Positions 1 through 8,115 of a DNA stretch of 32,000 bases are shown piece by piece. The DNA lies in the NCBI GenBank assembly GCA_947058615.1, contig CAMSHF010000008.1, forward strand, positions 1 through 32,000, read 5' to 3'. The DNA comes from an uncultured Rickettsiella sp. (GTDB lineage Bacteria; Pseudomonadota; Gammaproteobacteria; Diplorickettsiales; Diplorickettsiaceae). The first letter of the stretch is position 1, and every line of letters starts with the position of its first letter. The notes beneath the pieces were generated by a model, which saw only the letters and a list, made by a program, of their open reading frames with translations, was not told the DNA's origin and searched no databases. The translations under genes and the position numbers were made by a program.

Positions 1-35
1 AAAACGGGTAACCTTACTCATTCCTTTGTGTCACA

Positions 36-554
36 TCAAGTCTGAACTATTCCAATTAATGCATTAATAATTTTTGTTTTTAGCTTCAAACTTTTTTCTT
101 GATATACTGCAATACGATCAAACATTAACCCTAAATTTGCTGTCCTCTCTCCTAATTGGATTAAACTAGAATAAAACTTATTAAAATAGGCTTTTCTTCT
201 TTGTAAAGCTTCACTTAAGGAAAAGCCATTTTCTAGGTCTGTAATTAATTCTCTTGTATATTCTTTCAAGCGAATATTTGGTATGCTTGCTTCTAATAAT
301 TCTAATATCTGCAACAATGGAATTCCTGCTTGCAATAATCGCGAAATTTGACGAGTAAAAAGAAAAATCTCTTGCGTTTTTACCGATTTAACAAAGCGAA
401 CTGCCCATCGTGTGTGAATATATTCTATAAAAATACCTTGACGCTGTAATTCTAAACATAATTGCTCTTTATTTCTGGAAAATTCTTTACCTTTACATGT
501 TTTATGCATGTAAGTGCTTCCTTTCCATGTATAAAATTTTATTATGCTTAACAT
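36..554 (-). CDS. pilC: Type IV pilus platform protein PilC (GspF/T2SS-F family), N-terminal fragment only; probably truncated or a pseudogene
   Basis: The 172-aa ORF matches the cytoplasmic N-terminus and first T2SS-F repeat of PilC (FTRQISRLLQAGIPLLQILELL, LSEAL, LIQLGERTANL, KLKTKIINAL). It stops just before the first TM segment would begin, whereas canonical PilC is about 400 aa. All three minus-strand frames hit stops in the 35 nt before the window edge. It lies directly downstream of pilB, as expected for pilB-pilC. Confidence 0.6.
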   Translation of the reverse strand: MLSIIKFYTWKGSTYMHKTCKGKEFSRNKEQLCLELQRQGIFIEYIHTRWAVRFVKSVKTQEIFLFTRQISRLLQAGIPLLQILELLEASIPNIRLKEYTRELITDLENGFSLSEALQRRKAYFNKFYSSLIQLGERTANLGLMFDRIAVYQEKSLKLKTKIINALIGIVQT

Positions 555-557
555 TTT

Positions 558-2243
558 TTAATCTTTTATTATACGTTTCATTTCTAATAAACTAATCTCA
601 CCTTGTTTAAGCTTTTCTAATGCTGAGGCATATAAAGTTTTCATTCCTTGTTTTTGAGCAAAATGACTTATTTCTATCGCATTATTTTTTTTTAAAATCA
701 TTTTTTTTATACCTTCAGTGAGTATTAGCACTTCAAAAATACCTGTCCGCCCTTTATATCCATTTATACATTGGGAGCATCCGGTTGCTGTATAAAATTT
801 TTTAGTGTTAGATCGATCTAATTGAAGTAAAAAATCTTTCGGTAGTTTCTCCTCAATTTTGCAATGTACGCATAAACGTCTTACCAAACGCTGTGCAATA
901 ATTAGCTGAACTGAAGCTGCGATATTGTAACTAGGAATATTCATACTTTCTAAACGAATCAAACTATCCGCAGCGCTATTGGTGTGTAAGGTTGATAAAA
1001 CAAGATGACCTGTTTGGGCGGCTTTTATCCCTATTTCCGCGGTTTCTTGATCTCGCATCTCCCCCACCATAATAATATCAGGATCTTGTCTTAAAAAAGC
1101 TCTTAGCACACAAGAAAAGTTTAAACCTACGGTAGAATTTACATTAACCTGATTAATCCCAGGTAAAATAATTTCTATAGGATTCTCTACAGTTGAAATA
1201 TTAACTGTCGTTTTTTTTAAAAAATTTAATGCGGTATAAAGCGTGATTGTTTTTCCACTGCCAGTAGGTCCAGTGACTAAGATCATGCCATGAGGACTTT
1301 TTAAAGCTTTAATAAATTCTTTTTTTTGTGAAAGGTCCATTCCCAATTTATCTATTTCAAGCAACATTTTGTTACTATCCAAAATTCTAATAACTAATTT
1401 TTCACCATGGATCGTTGGACACGTACTCAATCGACAATCGACAGTTCGATCATTGTTATCTTTGATTTGAAACCGACCATCTTGTGGAATTCTCCGTTCA
1501 GCAATATCTAACTGTGACATGATCTTTAAACGGGTGATAATTCGTGGAATTAAATTTTTAGGTAAGGTCAGCATCAAATACAATAATCCATCAATTCGAA
1601 AACGTATCTCTAACTGATTTTGGTAAGGCTCTATGTGAATATCAGAGGCATTATAAGCAAAAGCATCCATCAAAATTTGATTGACATAGTTAACCATTGT
1701 TAAATCATCATTACTTAAATTAGTTAACTTCACATCGACATTGTTAATGTCTTTTAATTTCTTAAATAAATTTTGGTTTTTTACTTTACTATCCTCTTTT
1801 TTTGGAGAAATAGACTGTATTTTTTTAAGGGCGTTTATTAATTTTTTTTCATCTGCGAGTTTAAAGTCCAACATTAATTGTGTGCAGAACCGAAGTTCAT
1901 CAAATAAAAACTGCTGTGTAGGATCCACTAAGGCTAAAATTAGTTGCTGCTTATCTTGGCGTAAAGGTAATATTTGATATTTTTTCATTAGCTCCTTATC
2001 AATAATATTACTTGGAATTTGCCATATATCGATACTATCTAAATCAACATACTCTAAAAAAAATTCTTGTGCTAAGAGGCGAGCTAAATAGTTCGAATCT
2101 ATTTTCTGTGCTTGAATTAGATGGGTTATAAAGGAAATATTCTGTTCTTTAGCATAAGTAATCATTTCATCAAAAATTTCTTGTTTTAGTCCATAATCTC
2201 GTACTAAATGCCTTGCAAAGCTATTAACAGTAATTTTTTCCAT
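558..2243 (-). CDS. pilB: Type IV pilus assembly ATPase PilB (GspE family)
   Basis: 561 aa with an N-terminal MshEN/GspE-N-like domain. Walker A is GPTGSGKT, Walker B region is DPDIIMVGEMRD and the His box is TGHLVLSTLHTN. A tetracysteine motif is present (CVHCK...CSQC). Only 3 nt separate it from pilC. Confidence 0.92.
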   Translation of the reverse strand: MEKITVNSFARHLVRDYGLKQEIFDEMITYAKEQNISFITHLIQAQKIDSNYLARLLAQEFFLEYVDLDSIDIWQIPSNIIDKELMKKYQILPLRQDKQQLILALVDPTQQFLFDELRFCTQLMLDFKLADEKKLINALKKIQSISPKKEDSKVKNQNLFKKLKDINNVDVKLTNLSNDDLTMVNYVNQILMDAFAYNASDIHIEPYQNQLEIRFRIDGLLYLMLTLPKNLIPRIITRLKIMSQLDIAERRIPQDGRFQIKDNNDRTVDCRLSTCPTIHGEKLVIRILDSNKMLLEIDKLGMDLSQKKEFIKALKSPHGMILVTGPTGSGKTITLYTALNFLKKTTVNISTVENPIEIILPGINQVNVNSTVGLNFSCVLRAFLRQDPDIIMVGEMRDQETAEIGIKAAQTGHLVLSTLHTNSAADSLIRLESMNIPSYNIAASVQLIIAQRLVRRLCVHCKIEEKLPKDFLLQLDRSNTKKFYTATGCSQCINGYKGRTGIFEVLILTEGIKKMILKKNNAIEISHFAQKQGMKTLYASALEKLKQGEISLLEMKRIIKD

Positions 2244-2304
2244 TTTTTTAATCCATTATTGTATTTTCTTTCTTTAAGTATAACGCAAATTTTATTAAAA
2301 TGTA

Positions 2305-2334
2305 TTGACACATTATTTTTTTAATGCTTATATA
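2305..2334 (+). promoter_or_regulatory. Sigma70-like promoter (TTGACA, 17-18 nt spacer, TATATA) in the pilB/PPTase divergent region
   Basis: A perfect -35 TTGACA sits at 2305-2310. The -10 is TTATAT/TATATA at 2328-2334, giving a 17-18 nt spacer. It lies immediately upstream of the structured segment at 2340-2537. Confidence 0.3.
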
Positions 2335-2339
2335 GATGT

Positions 2340-2537
2340 AAGCACTGAATACCTTGCTGAGAAAGTTCCGGGGTAGCAATAGAAATGTTAAAAACAATAA
2401 TAGTTTCTATTTCAAAAACTTATCTACTTTCTTAACATAAGTGCTTAATAATAAATTAAATGCCTATTGATACGATGGCGCTAACTTATTTTTTAAGTTT
2501 TACAGTGTTAAGAGTAGAGAATCAGCAAGGTTTTTTT
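2340..2537 (+). ncRNA. Candidate structured small RNA (~190-200 nt), family unknown
   Basis: The segment lies downstream of the promoter above. A 10-bp perfect closing helix pairs 2351-2360 (accttgctga) with 2522-2531 (tcagcaaggt), followed directly by T7 at 2531-2537. Nested inside are an 8-bp hairpin (2378-2385/2404-2411) and a 12-bp helix with a 2-nt bulge (2423-2436/2507-2518). No ORF of 60 aa or more occurs in this 490-bp gap. Confidence 0.25.
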
Positions 2538-2733
2538 AAAATTTAACGAGAATATTAGGAGTGATTACTTCTATAAACAACTAAATATAATAAATCTTAT
2601 TTGGATAGTATTTTAGCCTGCTCGTAATGAGCCCTTTTTCCACTGAATAACTAAACTTCGCTTTTTCAATGTTCTAGGATATATTAAAAAGAGGTCTGTA
2701 GAACATCAATATTAATTTTTAGGACTTTTAACT

Positions 2734-3447
2734 ATGAGCGTGCTAAGTTCTCATGTTGTTCATATTTGGCATACTCGATTCGAAGATCATGCGGAAAAAT
2801 ACCAACTTTATCAAAGTTGGCTTGCTCCGGAAGAAAAAATTCGCGCTGAAAAGTTAACCCTTCATTATCAACAAAAGTTTATTATTTCAAGAGCTGTGCT
2901 ACGCGATATATTAGCTTATTATTCTGAACAATCCCCACAGGATTTAAAATTAAGTTATTCCACTTCTGGAAAGCCCTCATTAATAAACTCTGATCAATGT
3001 CTAGAGTTTAATGTATCTCATTCAAAAAATATCTTAATTTATGCTTTTACTCTCGAAACACCTGTCGGTATTGATATTGAGTATATCCATCATAGAAATT
3101 ATCTCGATAAAATTGCCTATCGTTTCTTTTCAGCCTCTGACTATGATCGATTACAATTACTGGAACCTAAAAAAAAATTAAAAGAATTTTTTAAAGCTTG
3201 GGTAAGAAATGAAGCGATAATAAAAGCAAAAGGAAGCTTATTAAAAACTCACCCTTATTCTCGATATGAACTTCGTTTAAGTTCTAATTTAGATCCTTCA
3301 GAATACGTAAAAAATGAAATAAATACCTTTTATTCTATTTCTAATTTATCGCTTTATTCTGATTTTGCAACTGCTGTTGCTCTAAAAGGCAATAAGAAAT
3401 CCTTTATTATGAAAAAATATATTAAAAAACTATCTCTAGTTAATTAA
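2734..3447 (+). CDS. 4'-phosphopantetheinyl transferase, Sfp/EntD type
   Basis: 237 aa with PPTase signature blocks: GKPSL...FNVSHS, GIDIE, and W(x)RNEAIIKAKG, which is the W/FxxKE(A/S)xxK motif. Confidence 0.85.
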   Translation: MSVLSSHVVHIWHTRFEDHAEKYQLYQSWLAPEEKIRAEKLTLHYQQKFIISRAVLRDILAYYSEQSPQDLKLSYSTSGKPSLINSDQCLEFNVSHSKNILIYAFTLETPVGIDIEYIHHRNYLDKIAYRFFSASDYDRLQLLEPKKKLKEFFKAWVRNEAIIKAKGSLLKTHPYSRYELRLSSNLDPSEYVKNEINTFYSISNLSLYSDFATAVALKGNKKSFIMKKYIKKLSLVN

Positions 3448-3504
3448 AAATATTTAAACTAGTAAAAAAAATTTCCGAAACTTCCAACTCAATTAAACAG
3501 ATTA

Positions 3505-4167
3505 CTAAAATTCCATTAACATAAAGCGCACTACACCGCATGTTGTATCATCGGGCTGCATTTCTGTTAAAGGATAGTGCTGATTAAGCGCTTTCAGATA
3601 GCGCCGATTTCCATCGATCACTAATTGTCTAAAAAGCAACGTATACCCTGGATCTTGCTTTATTTTAGCTAAGATAAAAGCCGCATTGTGTGCCACACGA
3701 TCAGTATCTAATACAATAATACAATTTTTAGGGAAACTCGGCCCTTGAGCAGTTTCCATGCAATCATTCTCTACGCGAAGTGCAAAAGCATCCGAGCTAA
3801 GAGGAATATTGGTACTTAAATACTTAGAATAAGTCTTTGGTGAAATTTTTATAAATTGCAGAAAACGTTCTTTTGCCTCTTGAGGTGTTAATAGAGGTAC
3901 TTGGTAATAAGGTTGACTACTTTCATAGTGATAAGTTCCTTTAGATTCCTCAGTTGCATGCTCGCGATCTAACCATCCATGAGGTTTATTAAAAACTTTC
4001 TCGATATGGCTGGCCAATCTATCGCCTATATTTTTAATAGGGCTATTTCCAATTAAATGACTAATTTGACTTTGCGAACGATCCAAGTGCTCAGATAAAT
4101 CAGTAATCCCACCTACTAATCGAGCCAGTTTCCGTAAATTATTCCGTCTAATATCTTTTATATTCAT
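3505..4167 (-). CDS. Lambda CI-like transcriptional repressor (XRE-type HTH plus S24 LexA/CI peptidase-like C-terminal domain; dyad apparently degenerate)
   Basis: 220 aa. The N-terminal HTH region reads LSEHLDRSQSQISHLIGN...GWLD. The C-terminal region aligns by eye to lambda CI: our VENDCMETAQGPSFPKNCIIVLD versus CI [25 protein letters not shown], and our LLFRQLVIDGNRRYLKALNQHYP versus CI [23 protein letters not shown]. Confidence 0.8.
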   Translation of the reverse strand: MNIKDIRRNNLRKLARLVGGITDLSEHLDRSQSQISHLIGNSPIKNIGDRLASHIEKVFNKPHGWLDREHATEESKGTYHYESSQPYYQVPLLTPQEAKERFLQFIKISPKTYSKYLSTNIPLSSDAFALRVENDCMETAQGPSFPKNCIIVLDTDRVAHNAAFILAKIKQDPGYTLLFRQLVIDGNRRYLKALNQHYPLTEMQPDDTTCGVVRFMLMEF

Positions 4168-4302
4168 GCCATAGCTTTATTTAGTTATTGTTATGACCCA
4201 TAGAGTAAACTTATACTTTGTTTAAAGTCCTATAAATGTCAAAAAAAGTAATAAGCATGGTAATGTATATTACCTTTTTAGATAAGTACTTGTATACTTA
4301 TT

Positions 4303-5565
4303 TTAATCAATCGCGAAATTTCTTAGTTTTTTCTTAACTTTAACTTTTTTTAGCGATATATAAAATGGTAAACCTTTTTGATACGGTGGATAATCCTCAC
4401 CCTGAATTAAAGGTAATAAATAATCACGACAACGTTGAGTAATATGGAATCCATCCTTAGTGATATAGGAACGAGGCAACTTTTTTTCCTGATTGGCTAC
4501 CGCAGCTAATTTAACTTCACCAATACTCCATTGATAACGCTTAGTTGATGCTCTAACAATCGTAGGCATAACTGCATTTTTTCCTTTAATAGCTAATTCA
4601 ACAGCCGCTTTACCTAAAGCATAGGCCTGTTTGACATCGACTTCAGCTGCAACATGTCGTGCAGAACGTTGTAAATAATCAGGTAATGCCCAATGATATT
4701 TATATCCTAATTTGGCTTTAATTAATTGGGCAATAACCGGAGCGGCACCCCCTAACTGCTTATGGCCAAACGCATCCGTTGTATCAACCTCTGCTAAAAA
4801 TTGCTGCGTAGTATCCTTAATGCCTTCTGCCAAAACAATCACACAATAACCATATTTTTTTACTGTCCTATCCACTTGCTGCAAAAATAAGGGCGCATTA
4901 AACGTTATTTCTGGAAATAAGATAATATGAGGCGCATCCCCTGTTTTTTTCACAGCCAATCCACTTGCAGCGGCTATCCAGCCTGTATGACGACCCATAA
5001 CCTCCATAATGAAAACCTTAGTCGAGGTCGCATGCATCGAAGCGACATCTAAACCTGCTTCCAATGTAGAAATGGCGATATATTTTGCGACAGAACCAAA
5101 ACCAGGACAGTTATCGGTTATAGGGAGATCATTATCGACTGTTTTAGGAATACCAATACAGCTTAATGGATAACCTAATTTTTGGCTTAGCAAATAAACT
5201 TTATGCGCTGTGTCTTGTGAGTCTCCGCCCCCATTATAAAAAAAATAACCGATATCATGTGCTTTAAAAACATTTAATAAACGTTCATATTCCGCACGGT
5301 TATCCTCTAAGCTTTTTAATTTATAGCGACAAGAGCCAAAAGCTCCCCCTGGGGTATAACGTAATGCCGCTATTGCTTTGTCACTTTCTTTACTAGTATC
5401 AATTAAATCTTCGGTTAAAGCACCTATAATGCCATTACAACCTGCATAAACCTTACCAATTTGATTTTTATATTGCCTAGCGGTTTCTATCACACCACAG
5501 GCTGTTGCATTAATAACTGCCGTTACACCACCCGATTGCGCATAAAACACATTTTTCTTTGACAT
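4303..5565 (-). CDS. pfp: 6-phosphofructokinase, PfkA family, probably pyrophosphate-dependent
   Basis: 420 aa with motifs GGGDSQDTA, PKTVDNDL and MGRHTGWIA. The Lys in PKTVDND, at the position of E. coli Gly124, is the hallmark usually associated with PPi-dependent enzymes. Confidence 0.85.
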   Translation of the reverse strand: MSKKNVFYAQSGGVTAVINATACGVIETARQYKNQIGKVYAGCNGIIGALTEDLIDTSKESDKAIAALRYTPGGAFGSCRYKLKSLEDNRAEYERLLNVFKAHDIGYFFYNGGGDSQDTAHKVYLLSQKLGYPLSCIGIPKTVDNDLPITDNCPGFGSVAKYIAISTLEAGLDVASMHATSTKVFIMEVMGRHTGWIAAASGLAVKKTGDAPHIILFPEITFNAPLFLQQVDRTVKKYGYCVIVLAEGIKDTTQQFLAEVDTTDAFGHKQLGGAAPVIAQLIKAKLGYKYHWALPDYLQRSARHVAAEVDVKQAYALGKAAVELAIKGKNAVMPTIVRASTKRYQWSIGEVKLAAVANQEKKLPRSYITKDGFHITQRCRDYLLPLIQGEDYPPYQKGLPFYISLKKVKVKKKLRNFAID

Positions 5566-5635
5566 CCTGCTTATTCTCCAGGTAACTTAAAGACAAATAA
5601 TATACTTGAATCTTTTATACTTTTTCTAGACTAGC

Positions 5636-7000
5636 ATGCGACTTCATATTTTAGGTATTTGCGGGACATTCATGGCGGGTATTGCCTTAATAGCCAAGCA
5701 AAAAAAAATCGATGTTGTTGGATCTGATACAAACATCTATCCTCCGATGAGTAACTATTTGGCCGAACATAAAATTTCAATATTTGAAGGCTATCATGAA
5801 AAAAGTCTATTACCTCATCCTGACTTAGTCATTATGGGGAATGCGATGAAACGTGGGAATCCTTGCGTTGAATATGTACTAAATCAAAATATCCCTTATA
5901 TCTCCGGACCCCAATGGTTAGCAGAAAATATATTAAATAAATATCACGTTCTAGCCGTTTCAGGAACACATGGGAAAACCACAGTCACTAGTCTACTAAG
6001 CTGGATATTGGAATATGCCGACTTAAGTCCTGGATTTTTAATTGGTGGTATCTCTAAAAACTTTGACAGTTCCGCTCGTTTAGGAAAAAAAGAAGATTTT
6101 TTTGTAATTGAAGCCGATGAATATGATACCGCTTTCTTTGATAAACGTTCAAAATTTATTCACTATCGCCCCCAAACTTTGATTCTAAATAATCTTGAAT
6201 TTGATCATGTCGATATTTTTCCAAACTTGGATTCAGTTAAAACTCAATTCTCTCATTTACTGAGAACAGTACCTAGCCAGGGATTAATTATCTGTCCCAA
6301 AACTGACAAAAACTTACAAGACGTTATATCGCTTGGATGTTGGACACCAATTGAATACACCGGAAGCTCAAAAAAAGACGGTACTATTTGGCATACTAAG
6401 CTATTAAAAGCGGATGGTAGTCAATTTACTATTTACTATAAGAATAAAAACCAAGGTGAAATAAATTGGTCACTCAGCGGAGAGCACAATGTAGCCAACG
6501 CCATTATTGCTATAGCCGCTGCGCACCACGTTGGTGTTAATCCAAAAAAAGCAATCACTGCATTGAATCAATTTCAAGGCATCAAACGCCGTTTAGAAAT
6601 TTATAAAAAAATCAATCGGATAACCCTTTATGATGATTTTGCGCATCATCCTACTGCCATTGCTTCAACCCTTGATGGTCTACGTAAAAGAATTGGCAAT
6701 GAACGTATCTTAGTTATTTTAGAATCCGGTACGCACACAATGCGTTCTGGCATACATCAAAAAACCTTAGGGCCCTCGTTACAAAAAGCGGACAAGGTAT
6801 GGTTAATGCGTCCAAAACAAGATTGGGGAATTGAAAGTATATTGCAAACGACATCAATTCCTACTTTTATTTGTGATTCCGTGGCCGATATTATCCAAAA
6901 AGTAGCTATAGAAGCCCGACCTTCCGATCATATTGTTATTATGAGTAACAGTGCTTTTGATAATATTCATAAAAGACTGGTCCAGGCTTTAGAAGCATGA
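5636..7000 (+). CDS. mpl: UDP-N-acetylmuramate:L-alanyl-gamma-D-glutamyl-meso-diaminopimelate ligase (murein peptide ligase)
   Basis: 454 aa, collinear with E. coli Mpl. Matching blocks include MRLHILGICGTFMAG, GNAMKRGNPCVE, GTHGKTT, IEADEYDTAFFDKRSKF, NNLEFDH and YDDFAHHPTAI. Confidence 0.93.
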   Translation: MRLHILGICGTFMAGIALIAKQKKIDVVGSDTNIYPPMSNYLAEHKISIFEGYHEKSLLPHPDLVIMGNAMKRGNPCVEYVLNQNIPYISGPQWLAENILNKYHVLAVSGTHGKTTVTSLLSWILEYADLSPGFLIGGISKNFDSSARLGKKEDFFVIEADEYDTAFFDKRSKFIHYRPQTLILNNLEFDHVDIFPNLDSVKTQFSHLLRTVPSQGLIICPKTDKNLQDVISLGCWTPIEYTGSSKKDGTIWHTKLLKADGSQFTIYYKNKNQGEINWSLSGEHNVANAIIAIAAAHHVGVNPKKAITALNQFQGIKRRLEIYKKINRITLYDDFAHHPTAIASTLDGLRKRIGNERILVILESGTHTMRSGIHQKTLGPSLQKADKVWLMRPKQDWGIESILQTTSIPTFICDSVADIIQKVAIEARPSDHIVIMSNSAFDNIHKRLVQALEA

Positions 7001-8079
7001 AGGACATTGTCGATCATTATCTCGAATCAGCCTTAGCATTAGCCGAAATTCGTCAGGGCTTTTGTGCGCCCAACCCTTGTGTGGGTGCTATTTTAGTAAA
7101 AAATAACAAAATAATTGCTAAAGGTTACCACCAAAAATGGGGTTCTCCCCACGCTGAAGTCGATGCAATTAATCAAATTGGCGCGAGTCAAGTTAAAGGT
7201 GCTACATTGTATGTAACTCTGCAACCTTGTTGTCATACCACAAAAAAAACACCCCCTTGCACGGATTTAATTATCAAAAGCGGTATCATTAAAGTCGTCT
7301 ATAGTTTTCAAGATCCTAATCCGGCTGTTACTAACTCCACAGATAAAATATTGCGACACGCAGGCATTGAATGTATTCAACACCCTTTGCCGGCTATCAG
7401 TAAGTTTTACACAAGCTATGCGCACTGGTGGAAACATAAAAAACCCTTTACTACCGCAAAATTAGCAATGAGTTTAGATGGAAAAATTGCGGATAAAAAT
7501 GGAAACCCGATTCGATTGACGGGTGATGAAGCACAAAAGTTTACGCATCAACAGCGTAAAAAAACGGACGCTATTTTAACTACGGCAAAAACAATCGGTT
7601 CGGATGATCCCTTGTTAAATAGTCGTTTAGATAATGAGATTGTTAAAAAACCGATCTATATTTTAGATACTCATCTCAACCTATTAACTTCATCAAAAAT
7701 TTTTAATTCCGCAGAACATATCACTATTTTCCATAGTGCGGACTTAGCCAAGGAATATCAATTAAAAAAACAATGGCCTAGCGCCCGTTTCATTCCTATT
7801 AAAACCGATAAAACAGGCCTTAATCTACTCGCTGTGTTAGAGCAAATTGGTTCGGACGGTAAGATTGATTTATGGATAGAGGCCGGAGGACAACTTTTTC
7901 AAACTTTTGCTCAAAACGGCTTATTACAGAAGGCTTTTATTTATGTGGCGCCCCTATGGCTAGGAGAAAATGCCCAAACTGCCTTCACTTCTCCAAAACC
8001 TCTAAAAAAAGGACTACCAATTGTTACGACCCCTTTAGGCATCGATACTTGTTTTGAGTTTAAATGGAGTGAAAAATAA
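6997..8079 (+). CDS. ribD: Bifunctional diaminohydroxyphosphoribosylaminopyrimidine deaminase / 5-amino-6-(5-phosphoribosylamino)uracil reductase
   Basis: 360 aa. The deaminase zinc motif is present (HAEVDAI ... PCCHTTKKTPPC), followed by a C-terminal reductase domain. Its ATG overlaps the mpl stop codon (ATGA). Confidence 0.9.
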   Translation: MKDIVDHYLESALALAEIRQGFCAPNPCVGAILVKNNKIIAKGYHQKWGSPHAEVDAINQIGASQVKGATLYVTLQPCCHTTKKTPPCTDLIIKSGIIKVVYSFQDPNPAVTNSTDKILRHAGIECIQHPLPAISKFYTSYAHWWKHKKPFTTAKLAMSLDGKIADKNGNPIRLTGDEAQKFTHQQRKKTDAILTTAKTIGSDDPLLNSRLDNEIVKKPIYILDTHLNLLTSSKIFNSAEHITIFHSADLAKEYQLKKQWPSARFIPIKTDKTGLNLLAVLEQIGSDGKIDLWIEAGGQLFQTFAQNGLLQKAFIYVAPLWLGENAQTAFTSPKPLKKGLPIVTTPLGIDTCFEFKWSEK

Positions 8080-8115
8080 GCGTATAATAGCTCATAAATC
8101 GAAATAATAAATTAA

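Noticed and set aside
1-21. Possible new minus-strand ORF starting at the ATG at position 21 (MSKVTRF...) and running off the window
   Set aside because: Only 7 codons are visible, so the ORF cannot be identified. It is mentioned only in the context of the pilC truncation.
1741-1977. Shadow ORFs antisense to or out of frame with well-supported genes: 1741-1977, 7872-8057, 9279-9506, 10363-10548, 10379-10606, 12012-12290, 12666-13061, 14234-14482, 14502-14711, 14977-15237, 17339-17527, 17441-17689, 18993-19175, 21005-21217, 21491-21682, 23240-23449, 24788-24991, 27484-27717, 28619-28843, 30478-30669
   Set aside because: Each lies mostly or wholly inside a longer gene with strong family motifs. 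Their translations are low-complexity or compositionally odd, and none has a recognisable domain or ribosome-binding site.
2460-2546. 28-aa small ORF (MPIDTMALTYFLSFTVLRVENQQGFFKI) inside the long pilB/PPTase intergenic region
   Set aside because: It has no Shine-Dalgarno sequence and lies inside the predicted RNA helices. Short hydrophobic ORFs are expected by chance in AT-rich DNA. It cannot be excluded without ribosome profiling.
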